From the IMG/VR virus record IMGVR_UViG_3300032116_000125, positions 10,257 through 74,256 of that record: 64,000 nt of DNA; one strand, 5' to 3'. The translations under genes were made by a program, and so were the position numbers. The stretch is from a virus. The notes under the pieces were generated by a model. That model made no database searches, had not been told where the DNA came from, and saw only the letters and a program-made list of their open reading frames with translations. Below are positions 1-9,820 of this stretch, in pieces. The first letter of the stretch is position 1. The number at the start of each line of letters is the position of its first letter.

Positions 1-1
1 A

Positions 2-874
2 GCCACCGCCAAGGACACCGAGGGCTATAAGACGGCGGTAATCCTTCCCGATATGCAGATCGGCTATTATCGGGGGCCCAACGGACTGGAGCCCACTCAT
101 GACGAAGAAGCGCTTGCCATTGCTCTGGCAATTACCCGAAAACTCAACCCCGATAGAGTCGTCATGGTCGGAGATAATCTGGATTTCCCCGAGTTTGGAA
201 AGTACCGGTTATCTAGTGCCTACGCTCTCACAACCCAAGCCTCCATTGACCGAGCCACAACGCTCTGCGCGGAAATCCGGGCGGCGGCGCCGAACGCAGA
301 AATAGATTGGATTTCTGGTAACCATGAAGAACGCCTCAGTAATTTCCTTATTGACAACGCAAAAGCCTCGTTCGGCATTCGGAAAGGTAACACTCCAGAT
401 TCTTGGCCTGTTCTTAGCGTTCCTTATCTATGTCGTTTTGATGATTACGGGATTAACTATGTGGCTGGTTATCCGGCTGGACAAGTCTGGATTAATCAAA
501 GGCTTAAAGTCATTCATGGCAACAAAGTCCGGTCTAATGGTTCAACCGCTCACGCCTACCTCAACGACAGCAAGGTCAGCGTCGTCTACGGGCACATTCA
601 CCGTAGGGAATGGTGCGAAAAGACCCGTCAGGATTGGGACGGTGCAAAGACCGTCATGGCGGCGTCACCGGGCACGTTAGCCCGCTGTGATGGGGCTGTG
701 CCCAGCACCAAGGGCGGAATTGACTTGGACGGGCGCCCTTTGACCATTGTTGAGGACTGGCAACAGGGCCTCGCGGTGGTGACGTATGAGGAAGGCGAAG
801 GGCAGTTCTGGTATGAGCAGGTTCCGATTCACAATACGAGTGCCTTTTTCCGTGGTAAGGTTTACCAGCCGTAA
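2..874 (+). CDS. Calcineurin-like metallophosphoesterase (5' end outside window)
   Basis: Frame is open from the window start (..KTAVILPDMQIG). Motifs GDNLD, GNHE, HG and GHIH are present. Confidence 0.85.
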   Translation, partial: ATAKDTEGYKTAVILPDMQIGYYRGPNGLEPTHDEEALAIALAITRKLNPDRVVMVGDNLDFPEFGKYRLSSAYALTTQASIDRATTLCAEIRAAAPNAEIDWISGNHEERLSNFLIDNAKASFGIRKGNTPDSWPVLSVPYLCRFDDYGINYVAGYPAGQVWINQRLKVIHGNKVRSNGSTAHAYLNDSKVSVVYGHIHRREWCEKTRQDWDGAKTVMAASPGTLARCDGAVPSTKGGIDLDGRPLTIVEDWQQGLAVVTYEEGEGQFWYEQVPIHNTSAFFRGKVYQP

Positions 875-887
875 CAAAGGGATTACC

Positions 888-1169
888 ATGTCAAAAAAGC
901 ACAAAATCAAGGCTGTCATGGTGGTTTGGGACGATGCGTTTGACGGGCCCGGGGGGTGGGTGTACCCCGACAAATACCGACCCTTCATTGTTGACCCCCT
1001 TACTATTGGCTGGATGCTGAGCAACGATGACGATAAGTACCTCACCCTGTACTCCTCGTATTATTACGATGAGGAGGGGGATTTAATATGCTCAAATCCT
1101 ATGCATATTCCTCGTGGTATGATTAAGTCCATTACTCCCATTAAAACGAAGAAGATCGGGGGCCGGTAA
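888..1169 (+). CDS. Small hypothetical phage protein (WxDA...GW...IPxG pattern)
   Basis: ATG at 888 follows AAGGG; the stop overlaps the next start. Confidence 0.65.
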   Translation: MSKKHKIKAVMVVWDDAFDGPGGWVYPDKYRPFIVDPLTIGWMLSNDDDKYLTLYSSYYYDEEGDLICSNPMHIPRGMIKSITPIKTKKIGGR

Positions 1170-1795
1170 TGGCGCGACGCAAGGCACGGGGTAGTCGGGC
1201 AGGTCTCCGACGAGGGGAACTTTCTCAGGCTGAAATTGAAAAGAGCGGCCCCCAGCAACCCGGGGAAGGTTTTTCTATCCGTACCTCCGGTCGTGGCGCC
1301 GGTGGCCCCGCACGCAATGTGTTCTCTGTGGGGTACGCCCCGGAGGCTGGGCGTGGTGCTGAAGTCGCTGTAGACCCCCGCGAACCCGCGGCCGACCAGT
1401 TGCTGGCATTTAACCGTGCTAATGCTGACGTACTCGGTACCCCCGGTGCCAACATGATTCAGGGTGGCTGGCATGATCCTGATTCTGGTGTCGTTCAGCA
1501 AGACACCTCGGTGGCTTTGCCCCTGACTGCCTCCGGACTCGGAGCCGCTATGGCTATTGGTGCACAGAGCCGTCAGGAAGCCATTGGCATGCTCGGACCA
1601 TCGGCTAAAGCCCCGTACATCAGGGATGTCAACATCCCGAAGCACTTGCATCCAGACCAGTTCGTCTGGGAAGAGGGCACTTCTCCCCGCGTGGAAAAGG
1701 CGGGGGGAGTCGTGCGTATTACGCCAACCCGTGGTGAGATGATCGGCGTAGAAGCCGACATTCTTGCTGAGCAAATGGGTCTACCTAAGGACTAA
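1169..1795 (+). CDS. Hypothetical protein, possibly virion-associated
   Basis: 208-aa ORF coupled to its neighbours, directly upstream of the portal gene. Confidence 0.65.
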   Translation: MARRKARGSRAGLRRGELSQAEIEKSGPQQPGEGFSIRTSGRGAGGPARNVFSVGYAPEAGRGAEVAVDPREPAADQLLAFNRANADVLGTPGANMIQGGWHDPDSGVVQQDTSVALPLTASGLGAAMAIGAQSRQEAIGMLGPSAKAPYIRDVNIPKHLHPDQFVWEEGTSPRVEKAGGVVRITPTRGEMIGVEADILAEQMGLPKD

Positions 1796-1801
1796 TACTT
1801 A

Positions 1802-3472
1802 ATGCCTGTTGATTTTTGGTCGCCATCCTATAGAGCCTCGTCCAGTGACCTGACGGTCGCCATCTCGCCCCTTGGGCTGGTGGAGTTGGCTGACGAAGAG
1901 TTTGAGGTCCATGGCCCCCGCCTGAATCGCTACTCGTCCTGCTGGGCGTGGTATTTGGGACACCACTGGTCGTACCGCCGTGAGATGGGCGAGCAGAACA
2001 TCACCATGAACTACGTCCGTACCATGTCGGACTACATCACGAACTTCTGTTTTGGTAAGGGCATCCAGTTCAAAGTGCCTGAGCAGAACGGCGCCATCAT
2101 TCCCCATCTCCTCCATGAGGTCTGGGAAAACCATAACTCTAAGCATTATGTGCTTTGGGAGATGGGTCAGTTGGCCGGTGTTACTGGCGATTGCTTTGTC
2201 AAGGTCGCTTACGAGGAGCCGTACGTTGACCCCGCTGGTATTGGTCATGCAGGCCGAGTTCGTATTATCCCCCTTAACCCCGCGCACTGCTTCCCTGAGT
2301 ACCACCCCCATGACCGCGACCGTATCCTGCGTTTTAAACTGAAGTACCGCTTCTGGGGAACCAGCCCCGAGGGTACCCGGCAGGTCTATACCTTCACGGA
2401 AATCCTCACTGACGAGTCGGTAGAGCAATATATCAACGACGAGTTGATTGACCAGTACCCGAACGCCATTGGTCTTATCCCTATTGTCCACATTCCTAAC
2501 ATGACGATCTCGTCGTCGCCATGGGGTCAGTCGGACATCTGGGACATCATCTCTCTGAACCGTGAGTTGAACGAAAAGATGACCGAGGTCTCGGACATCA
2601 TCAACTACCACGCCGCCCCGGTGACCATCATTACCGGCGCTAAGGCCAGCCAGTTGGAGCGTGGCCCTAAGAAGGTCTGGGCCGGTCTACCCAAGGACGC
2701 CTCGGTGTACAACTTGGAGTCCCGTGGCGAGATGGCTGGCGCTCTGGAGTACATCCAGTTCATTAAGCGGGCTATGCACGAGATCACTGGTGTGCCTGAG
2801 ACTGCATTGGGACAATTCCAACCCGTGTCTAACACCTCTGGCGTTGCCTTGGCCATCCAATACCAGCCCATGATGAATCGCTATAACCAGAAGAAGATTC
2901 ACTTTACGAAGGGTCTGGAGAAGGTTAATGAGATCATCATCCGTACATGCGCGGTATTTGAGCCTCAAATGCTCCAGTTTAATCCCGGGGTGGCGGCACC
3001 TCCCGAGCCCGATCAAGCGTTGGTTCTTGACCCCGCCGACCCCGTGGTTTACCAGACGCAAATCCACTGGCCGGAACCGCTTCCGGTGGATGTCCTTATC
3101 AAACTTAATGAAGTTCAGGCCAAGTTGTCGCTTGGCTTGGAGTCCAAGCGCGGTGCTCTCAAGATTCTTGGGGAAGAGTTCCCGAACGAGAAAATGCTTG
3201 AAATCTTTGAGGAATTGCGTGATGATGCTCTTGATCAGGGTGCGCTAGATATGTTGCGTGCTCAGATTCAGCAAGCCGTAATGCTAACTACAGGTATTAT
3301 TCCCGGACAAGAGGGAGAAAGTAGTGTAGTATCTGCGGGAGGTGAAGCAGGTGGTGGTCCTCTCCCGGGAGTACCAGCCATCGGTGACGCCGAAGGACAG
3401 ATGATTAACAACATAATCCAAAGGGCATACGGAGCAAGGTTCGCCCAGCGCCGTTTGCCAGACGAAGAATAA
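1802..3472 (+). CDS. Portal protein (SPP1 gp6-like)
   Basis: 556 aa; motifs NxxGxIPIVHIPN, WGQSDI and SNTSGVAL; position before scaffold and capsid genes. Confidence 0.9.
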   Translation: MPVDFWSPSYRASSSDLTVAISPLGLVELADEEFEVHGPRLNRYSSCWAWYLGHHWSYRREMGEQNITMNYVRTMSDYITNFCFGKGIQFKVPEQNGAIIPHLLHEVWENHNSKHYVLWEMGQLAGVTGDCFVKVAYEEPYVDPAGIGHAGRVRIIPLNPAHCFPEYHPHDRDRILRFKLKYRFWGTSPEGTRQVYTFTEILTDESVEQYINDELIDQYPNAIGLIPIVHIPNMTISSSPWGQSDIWDIISLNRELNEKMTEVSDIINYHAAPVTIITGAKASQLERGPKKVWAGLPKDASVYNLESRGEMAGALEYIQFIKRAMHEITGVPETALGQFQPVSNTSGVALAIQYQPMMNRYNQKKIHFTKGLEKVNEIIIRTCAVFEPQMLQFNPGVAAPPEPDQALVLDPADPVVYQTQIHWPEPLPVDVLIKLNEVQAKLSLGLESKRGALKILGEEFPNEKMLEIFEELRDDALDQGALDMLRAQIQQAVMLTTGIIPGQEGESSVVSAGGEAGGGPLPGVPAIGDAEGQMINNIIQRAYGARFAQRRLPDEE

Positions 3473-3525
3473 AACCGTTATCCCAAATCAGTCAGTAAAA
3501 GCCCAACAAGCAAGAGGTAAAAGAA

Positions 3526-4305
3526 ATGAATATTCAGGACGGTGACGGGATCGTGATCCCGGTATCCAACGACACTCAGGAAACACCCACGGCTCGCCCG
3601 GAAGGTCGTGTTTTCACCGAATCCGAGGTTGAAGCAATTCGCCGTCAGGAGAAGGACAAACTGTATAAGCGTGTTGAAGACGCTGACGGTCGTGTCCGTA
3701 CCCTTGAGGAGCAGTTGTCTGTCATCTCTCAGGAGCGCGAAGCGGCCCGCCAAGAGGCCGCAGAACGAGCCCGCGCCGAGGCGGAGATTCTCCGTCAGCG
3801 TGAAGCCGAGGAATTGAGCGCCAAGGAACTTCTCTCCAAGCGTGAGGACGAGTTCAACCAGCGCATCAATCAGGTGGAGCAGGAATGGCGGAGCAAGTTT
3901 GAAGAAATTGAGCGCCAGCGTCAGGCGCAGGAGGCCCTCCTTGAGAAGGAGCGGCGCATCCAGCAGATTGAGTCTTACCGCCAGCGTCGTATGGCGGAGG
4001 AGCAAGAGACTATTATCCCCGAACTTCGTGACCTTATTTCGGGAAATAGTGAAGAAGATATTGATAATAGTATTGCTGTACTCCGTGAGCGCAGTAATGC
4101 TATAATTGAATCAATCCAACAGGCGACTTCCCAAAGCCGTCTGCGGGGACCGCAGGTAACTGCGCCCCCGACTGGGCCAATGGAAAACCAATCGGAATAC
4201 CAGACGCTGTCGGCGGATGACATCCGCCAAATGCCGATGGATCAGTACATGAAAATGCGTGAACGGCTCATGCAAGCGGCTCGGTCCCCCCGAGGGCGCT
4301 TCTAA
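3526..4305 (+). CDS. Capsid scaffolding protein
   Basis: E/Q/R-rich coiled coil (RRQEKDKLY) between portal and major capsid genes. Confidence 0.8.
   Translation: MNIQDGDGIVIPVSNDTQETPTARPEGRVFTESEVEAIRRQEKDKLYKRVEDADGRVRTLEEQLSVISQEREAARQEAAERARAEAEILRQREAEELSAKELLSKREDEFNQRINQVEQEWRSKFEEIERQRQAQEALLEKERRIQQIESYRQRRMAEEQETIIPELRDLISGNSEEDIDNSIAVLRERSNAIIESIQQATSQSRLRGPQVTAPPTGPMENQSEYQTLSADDIRQMPMDQYMKMRERLMQAARSPRGRF
4098..4106 (+). promoter_or_regulatory. Candidate extended -10 promoter (TGcTATAAT) inside the scaffold gene, upstream of the major capsid gene
   Basis: Exact TGnTATAAT in a locally AT-rich patch of a GC-rich gene. Confidence 0.35.
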
Positions 4306-4343
4306 CCAAAACCCAACAACAACCTATCCCGGAGGATATTCAA

Positions 4344-5453
4344 ATGGCCCTTCCCGCCCCTGTAGGGGGTGCGATCACCGGAGCAGGTCTTGGTTCCATC
4401 ACCACGACCGGCTACTCCAGCGACGCGACCCTCTCGCCCGCAATCCAGCAAATCTGGTCCAAGGAGATTCTGTTTCAGGCGATGCCCGTGCTTCGCTTTG
4501 AGCAGTTCGCCGTGAAGAAGACCGAACTCGGCGTCATGCCCGGTCTGACCATCAACTTCATGCGCTACAACAACCTCAGCGTCAACGAGGACTCGGGTGC
4601 GACCCTTACCGAAGGTGTTCGCATGGAGCCCACCTCGCTGTCGGCTAGCCAGATTCAGATCACCGTGTCTGAGCATGGTCAGGCTGTTGCCGTGACTGAA
4701 CTCCTGCTCAATGCGTCGTTTGACGACGTCATGGCCTCGTCGTCGCGCCTCCTCGGCCGTCACATGGCTCAGAGCATGGACATTCAGGCTCGTAACACCC
4801 TGTACAAGGCTGGCGTGCCGTTCGGCGGCGGGTCGGCTGTGGCTCCGAGCGTCGTGTTCGGTCGCACCGCGGCCTCGGCTCGTGGCGCCATCAGCCCCTA
4901 CGATGCCGGTACCCTCGGCACCGCCTCGGCCCCCGGCTACCTCAGCCCGGCTTCCATCAAGGACGCCGTGGAGGTGCTCGCTGGTCAGAACATCCCGCGT
5001 CTGGGCGACACCTATGTGTGCTTCGTTCACCCGTCGCAGAGCCGCTCGCTCCGTGACTGGCCGGAGTTCATTGAAGTCACGAAGTACGCCGCCCCCGGCA
5101 ACTTCATGCTCGGTGAAATCGGCCGTCTGTACGATGTGGTGTTCATTGAGACCACGCAGGTCAAGAAGGGCTTGGACGCCACCGCGGCTTCCTCGTCTCT
5201 GTACGACCTCGGCGCGACCCTTGACTCGGCTTCGGCCGCTGGCTTCCAAGAGAACGCTGACGCCTACAACGCCATCATGATCGGTGACAACGCCTTCGGT
5301 CACGCCATCGCCCTCCCGGTTGAACTCCGCGACGGTGGTGTCATTGACTTCGGTCGTGAGCACGGTCTGGCGTGGTACGCGATCTGGGGCTTCGGAGTCA
5401 TCACTCACGAGAGCCGCGTGATCCTCAACACCCTCGGTGGTGCGATTTCCTGA
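4344..5453 (+). CDS. Major capsid protein (N4-gp56-like, HK97 fold)
   Basis: Motifs LTEGV, EHG, YVCFVHPSQ, GEIGRLYDVVFIET and DFGR; strong codon bias; GGAGG RBS. Confidence 0.9.
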   Translation: MALPAPVGGAITGAGLGSITTTGYSSDATLSPAIQQIWSKEILFQAMPVLRFEQFAVKKTELGVMPGLTINFMRYNNLSVNEDSGATLTEGVRMEPTSLSASQIQITVSEHGQAVAVTELLLNASFDDVMASSSRLLGRHMAQSMDIQARNTLYKAGVPFGGGSAVAPSVVFGRTAASARGAISPYDAGTLGTASAPGYLSPASIKDAVEVLAGQNIPRLGDTYVCFVHPSQSRSLRDWPEFIEVTKYAAPGNFMLGEIGRLYDVVFIETTQVKKGLDATAASSSLYDLGATLDSASAAGFQENADAYNAIMIGDNAFGHAIALPVELRDGGVIDFGREHGLAWYAIWGFGVITHESRVILNTLGGAIS

Positions 5454-5473
5454 ACTTAGGTTCAGATGAGATG

Positions 5474-5506
5474 TCGGCGGTGGGGGCCTATGGCCCTCAC
5501 CGCTGA
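5474..5506 (+). terminator. Stem-loop after the major capsid gene
   Basis: TCGGCGGTGGGGGCC-TAT-GGCCCTCACCGCTGA, with G:U pairs; weak U tract. Confidence 0.55.
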
Positions 5507-5539
5507 TAATCTAAATACCAAACAACAAGGAGAAGAAGA

Positions 5540-5803
5540 ATGGCAACCAGTAAAAACAACCCGGCTTTTGCCGAACTTGACGACACCGCCGATGTGGTGG
5601 AAGTCATTGAAGAGACCCCCGTGGTCTCTGCCCCCAAGTCTGCCCCGGCGCAGGACAACCTCGTCACGGCCCGTGTTAAGGGAACGTGGAAGATGTTCTG
5701 GGGCCGTGCAACTTACGATTTTGAAGATGGTAAGCGTTACCGCATCCCCCGCGATCTGTACGACTACCTCGTGCGACATTCAAACATTTACGACACCGTC
5801 TGA
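5540..5803 (+). CDS. Small head-associated hypothetical protein
   Basis: AAGGAG RBS; follows the capsid gene. Confidence 0.7.
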   Translation: MATSKNNPAFAELDDTADVVEVIEETPVVSAPKSAPAQDNLVTARVKGTWKMFWGRATYDFEDGKRYRIPRDLYDYLVRHSNIYDTV

Positions 5804-5811
5804 GGTAACTA

Positions 5812-7140
5812 ATGGCTTTTATCGTCCCCAATGCGACTGCGACGGGAGCAAGCAAGAAGTTCATCAGCATCAACCAAGCCGAACCCGACTCGGTTGATCT
5901 GGAGTCTCTTGGCAACACCCGTAACTTTATTCGCAGTGGTGGGGCGGTAACTGTCTCTGGAACTAACAGCGTCGCCGTTTCCGCTGGTGTGGCGGTAATT
6001 CAAGGAGTTCCTTACTCCTTCAACTCCTTTACGACGACCGCGACCCTCCCGGCGTCTAACTCCCGGTTTGACCTTTTGGTTGTGCGCCTGACGGGGTCTA
6101 CCGCCGCCGTAACCAACATCACAGGTACTGCCGATCCGATAAACCCGACCCTGCCTCCCAGTTCCTCGGTGCTGGAGACCGGTTCTACGGTGACGGAATA
6201 CTACAACCCCAACACTGACGCCGTTCTTGCGTCCGTCTACCTCGTGGCGTCTACGAACCTAGACACCTCTTCAAACTACGCAAATCTTGTAGATAAGCGT
6301 ATTTTGAGCGCCGAGCCCCTGACGTACACTTCGGCTAGCGCCCCGACACACAGTGCGAAGGATGTAGTGGGTGACACTGTCGTCTATAACGGCGCTACCT
6401 ATATCAAGACCGCCGCGAGCACATGGGCCCAGATCGCTACCACCGTGGACACAGCGGCTGTAGCACTGCCGGTGGGCTCCATATTTGCGTTTGCTGGTAC
6501 TCATAACACCTCTGCCTCGCCCAACTCGTCTTATTACATGGAGTGCGACGGCCGGTCACTGTCCACTACTACCTACGCTGGTCTGCATTCTGTAATTGGC
6601 TACTCGTTCGGTGGTTCTGGTGGAGCCTTCAATATCCCTAATTTGACCGGCGACACCGCCGTAGTGGGAGCGTCTCCGGCTGAGATGACCTCTACCAAGG
6701 TTGCAAGCACCTCTAATACCGCAACGCTTGCAGTTGCAAATATGCCCGCGCACAACCACGGAAATGTCACTGTTGACTTTGGTACGAAGTCTGGTACTGG
6801 TACTTACGATAACCACAGCCATTACATATTTGATGGAGGCAATAACCCCAACCTTAGTTTTGTACGGCGCAAGGGTGGCGGATACCCCGGTACGGGCCCA
6901 ATCTATGTAATCCCCTATGACAGCAATGGAGATGGTATTGCTGACGGCCTCTCCGCTGTAAACGGCGGAATGGTTGTTGATGAAGTGGTCAGCACCTCTG
7001 GTATTGCTACCTACCGTGGCGTTACCGTAAGCGTACCAGTCGGGTCGGCTTCCGGGGCCGTACCGTCTCAAGGAAGCGGGACTTCCTTCAGCATTCTGCC
7101 GAAAAGCCTGCGTGTTCGTTGGTTTATCCGTTACGCATGA
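5812..7140 (+). CDS. Fibre-like virion protein with phage tail-collar domain
   Basis: Collar motif PVGSIFAFAG...CDGRSL...Y..L..VIG..FG...FNIPNL; NMPAHNH; T/S/G-rich. Confidence 0.8.
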   Translation: MAFIVPNATATGASKKFISINQAEPDSVDLESLGNTRNFIRSGGAVTVSGTNSVAVSAGVAVIQGVPYSFNSFTTTATLPASNSRFDLLVVRLTGSTAAVTNITGTADPINPTLPPSSSVLETGSTVTEYYNPNTDAVLASVYLVASTNLDTSSNYANLVDKRILSAEPLTYTSASAPTHSAKDVVGDTVVYNGATYIKTAASTWAQIATTVDTAAVALPVGSIFAFAGTHNTSASPNSSYYMECDGRSLSTTTYAGLHSVIGYSFGGSGGAFNIPNLTGDTAVVGASPAEMTSTKVASTSNTATLAVANMPAHNHGNVTVDFGTKSGTGTYDNHSHYIFDGGNNPNLSFVRRKGGGYPGTGPIYVIPYDSNGDGIADGLSAVNGGMVVDEVVSTSGIATYRGVTVSVPVGSASGAVPSQGSGTSFSILPKSLRVRWFIRYA

Positions 7141-7292
7141 GCGACACCCCGATTGAACCCATTGAGGACGGGACCTCAGAGCAGATCATCTTGAAGCGCG
7201 GTTTTATGGTGCACCGCCTTCGGGAAACTCAGCCTGCTGTAAATCAGCCCGCTCAGGACTCTATTCCCGGAGCAGGCTCGGGCGATCAGTAG
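7137..7292 (+). CDS. 51-aa hypothetical protein (MSDTPIEPIEDG...), not in ORF track
   Basis: ATGA overlap with the upstream stop; fills the gap exactly. Confidence 0.55.
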   Translation: MSDTPIEPIEDGTSEQIILKRGFMVHRLRETQPAVNQPAQDSIPGAGSGDQ

Positions 7293-7306
7293 TAATATAG
7301 AGATTC

Positions 7307-8110
7307 ATGGCGACAATCTCCGATATTTCTAAAATCGCAAGAAACTACTTACGAGACTTCCCCAAGTTCTTTCAAGTATCTTTTCCTGTTGTTGGACGTA
7401 CCTACGAACTAGGCCACATCAACATTGACCCAAGTACCGTGTGGGTGGCCGTAGTCGGTGGCCCCGGAACGGCGGCGTCCACTTTGACGACTGCGGATTA
7501 CGCATTGGACTCGCGCAACGGCATCCTACGCTTGGCTACAACGGCCTCGTCATCGCTGACGATACTGGTTGAGGGTTACTACTACGAGTGGGTTACCCCC
7601 GATGACCTTGACTTTTACACGCAGAAGGCAGTTGCTAAGCACCTCGTAAACATGAATCTGGCAATTGAGGAACTAGCCGATGTGGTGGTAAACGCCATTG
7701 GTATTGCGGCGATCACAGAGTGCCTCTGGGCGCTTATGACAGAGTTCAGCCGAGACATTGATGTGATGACCTCGGAGTCCATCCATATCCCTGCCAGCCA
7801 GCGCTTTCGTATGGTGCAGTCCCTGCTGGCGCAATGGGAAGAGGAGTACAAGAAGCACGCCACGGCCCTCAACATCGGCTTGGACCGCATGGAAGTCTTT
7901 ACCCTGCGCCGTACCTCTCGTACTACCAACTACCTCATCCCACTGTACCGGCCCCGAGAACTTGGCGACTACAGCCCGCCCGAGCGCCTGTGGCCCACTA
8001 TTGACCCGGGTGTCATTGAGAAGGAAACCAAGGAAGAAGACCTGCGTACGGATGTTCTCATAGACGGCGCTATCCCCACCGGCTCGTTCTCCAACATCGC
8101 GTACTACTGA
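7307..8110 (+). CDS. Putative head-to-tail adaptor
   Basis: Position in the neck module; helical C-terminal half. Confidence 0.55.
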   Translation: MATISDISKIARNYLRDFPKFFQVSFPVVGRTYELGHINIDPSTVWVAVVGGPGTAASTLTTADYALDSRNGILRLATTASSSLTILVEGYYYEWVTPDDLDFYTQKAVAKHLVNMNLAIEELADVVVNAIGIAAITECLWALMTEFSRDIDVMTSESIHIPASQRFRMVQSLLAQWEEEYKKHATALNIGLDRMEVFTLRRTSRTTNYLIPLYRPRELGDYSPPERLWPTIDPGVIEKETKEEDLRTDVLIDGAIPTGSFSNIAYY

Positions 8111-8115
8111 TAGCC

Positions 8116-8655
8116 ATGGATGTCCGGCGCGAACTGTCCATGATTAGGAAGCATTACGCTTCCTACCAGAAGCAATCTGGCGAAGCCATTACTTGGTTTG
8201 AGTTCATCCCCTTGGGCGCCAGCGCCTCCGCCACCAGCCTGTATGACGATATCTACGATGAGGGTACCCCCAGCACTGGTGGGCGTCGGTACAAGGCTGG
8301 CGTGACTGTTCCGGTGCTCATGATCACCGAATCCGAGGACCAGAAGCGTGCCATCCCCGAGGGTCGCCAGCCCGTCCAGTTGGTCAACTTTGTCGCCTCC
8401 CTTGACGACTTCCGGGCGGCTGGAGTAACGGCCCCGTGGGAGTACCAGCCCCGCCTGAACGACATGTTCCTGTATGACGGTCGGTACTTCAGCGTGGTGT
8501 CCTACCGTGTCCGAGGCCGCGCCCGGGACGATGTCATGCTTGTCGTTGAGGGTATTGAGACGTACATTTCTCAGGAAATGGTTAATGATGTGGGGCCTGC
8601 TACATACACCACAAATAATTACCCTTGGCCTACAACACTCGCAAATTTGGGCTAA
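8116..8655 (+). CDS. Putative head closure / stopper protein
   Basis: Synteny; beta-rich pattern (DMFLYDGRYFSV). Confidence 0.5.
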   Translation: MDVRRELSMIRKHYASYQKQSGEAITWFEFIPLGASASATSLYDDIYDEGTPSTGGRRYKAGVTVPVLMITESEDQKRAIPEGRQPVQLVNFVASLDDFRAAGVTAPWEYQPRLNDMFLYDGRYFSVVSYRVRGRARDDVMLVVEGIETYISQEMVNDVGPATYTTNNYPWPTTLANLG

Positions 8656-8711
8656 AATAACACTGCTAGGGATGTGCGTCCCCGGCACTATTTGCCTAGT
8701 TCCGCGAGGAG

Positions 8712-9122
8712 GTGTTGATGCCTGACTTTTCGTACCCATTAACCTCGCCGGAACGGGACGCGCTAGAAACCTCCCTGATGTTCCCCGTGCTTGATTTGGT
8801 GGGGCAAATACTTGACGAGGAAAGTGGTTTTTGGAGCCAACTTGACTCAAACATTGCCGCATTTGAAAAGCAGGTACAGCAGTACGTATCCTCCCTGCCG
8901 GGGTGGGAGTCAATAGGGCCCAACCTTCGGGTGGCCTTTGACGCCGACGATTACGTGCTCGTCTACTTTGTTGACGCTGACGAGCCCACGATTAACAAGT
9001 TTAGAGAACTTGAGTACGGGGACGGCATTAGTTCTCCGCAGTACGTCATTCGGAGACTGTCCCTAAACCCCGATTACCTAAACCAGATATATGAACAAAC
9101 AGCGCTGGAGGTATCCCTGTGA
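8712..9122 (+). CDS. Neck-region hypothetical protein
   Basis: GGAGG RBS; LEYG motif typical of tail-completion proteins. Confidence 0.5.
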   Translation: MLMPDFSYPLTSPERDALETSLMFPVLDLVGQILDEESGFWSQLDSNIAAFEKQVQQYVSSLPGWESIGPNLRVAFDADDYVLVYFVDADEPTINKFRELEYGDGISSPQYVIRRLSLNPDYLNQIYEQTALEVSL

Positions 9123-9802
9123 ACACGGGATTCCTGCTGGCAGAGGACGCGGCTGTTAAGGCACGGTTTTCAGGTATGACGGTGTCAGACGACAAAAATG
9201 GGGCACGCCCGGTGCAGGTGTTTTTCCGTTACCCCGAGGGCGAGACCGAGAGAATTTATCCATTTATTACTATTGAGGCTATAGACATTGTGCACGCCCT
9301 TGAGCGCCAGCATTCTGAGGTCACGATTTATGCCTCCACTAGCACCGCGGCATCCGCCCAGATCACGGGCCCCGCGGCCATGACGTACTGGCCGAGTGAG
9401 CATTATGACTTTACGCAGTATGTCTCCGACAGCCAACTGGTCGCCAGTAACGAGTTTTTGCCCGTGGACATCCTGTACCAAGTGTCTACGTACACCCGCT
9501 CCGCTATGCACGACCGCCAGTTGACCTCCCAGATGCTTCACAGCCGAGCCCGCATGCGGTGGGGCTTCATTGACGTACCGGCAGATAACACTGTCCGTAG
9601 GTTTGATCTTCTTGATTGGGTTACAGCCGACCTCCTTGACCCGGAGGCAGGCTACCGAAAAAGAATATTTAGAAAAGTATATACTCTCAAAATGTCAGCA
9701 GAAATGACCACACATGATTTGGTTGTGTCCAAGCGTGCGACTCAAATTCATAGTAGTATTTCTGATACGAACTCCAACCTGTCCGAAACTGTCCAAAACT
9801 AA
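9119..9802 (+). CDS. Putative tail terminator / completion protein
   Basis: Immediately before the sheath gene; YPFITI and YQVSTYTR pattern. Confidence 0.55.
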   Translation: MNTGFLLAEDAAVKARFSGMTVSDDKNGARPVQVFFRYPEGETERIYPFITIEAIDIVHALERQHSEVTIYASTSTAASAQITGPAAMTYWPSEHYDFTQYVSDSQLVASNEFLPVDILYQVSTYTRSAMHDRQLTSQMLHSRARMRWGFIDVPADNTVRRFDLLDWVTADLLDPEAGYRKRIFRKVYTLKMSAEMTTHDLVVSKRATQIHSSISDTNSNLSETVQN

Positions 9803-9820
9803 TCCATTGGAGGATTAACT

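Noticed and set aside
4302-5408. 368-aa - strand ORF
   Set aside because: Antisense shadow of the major capsid gene.
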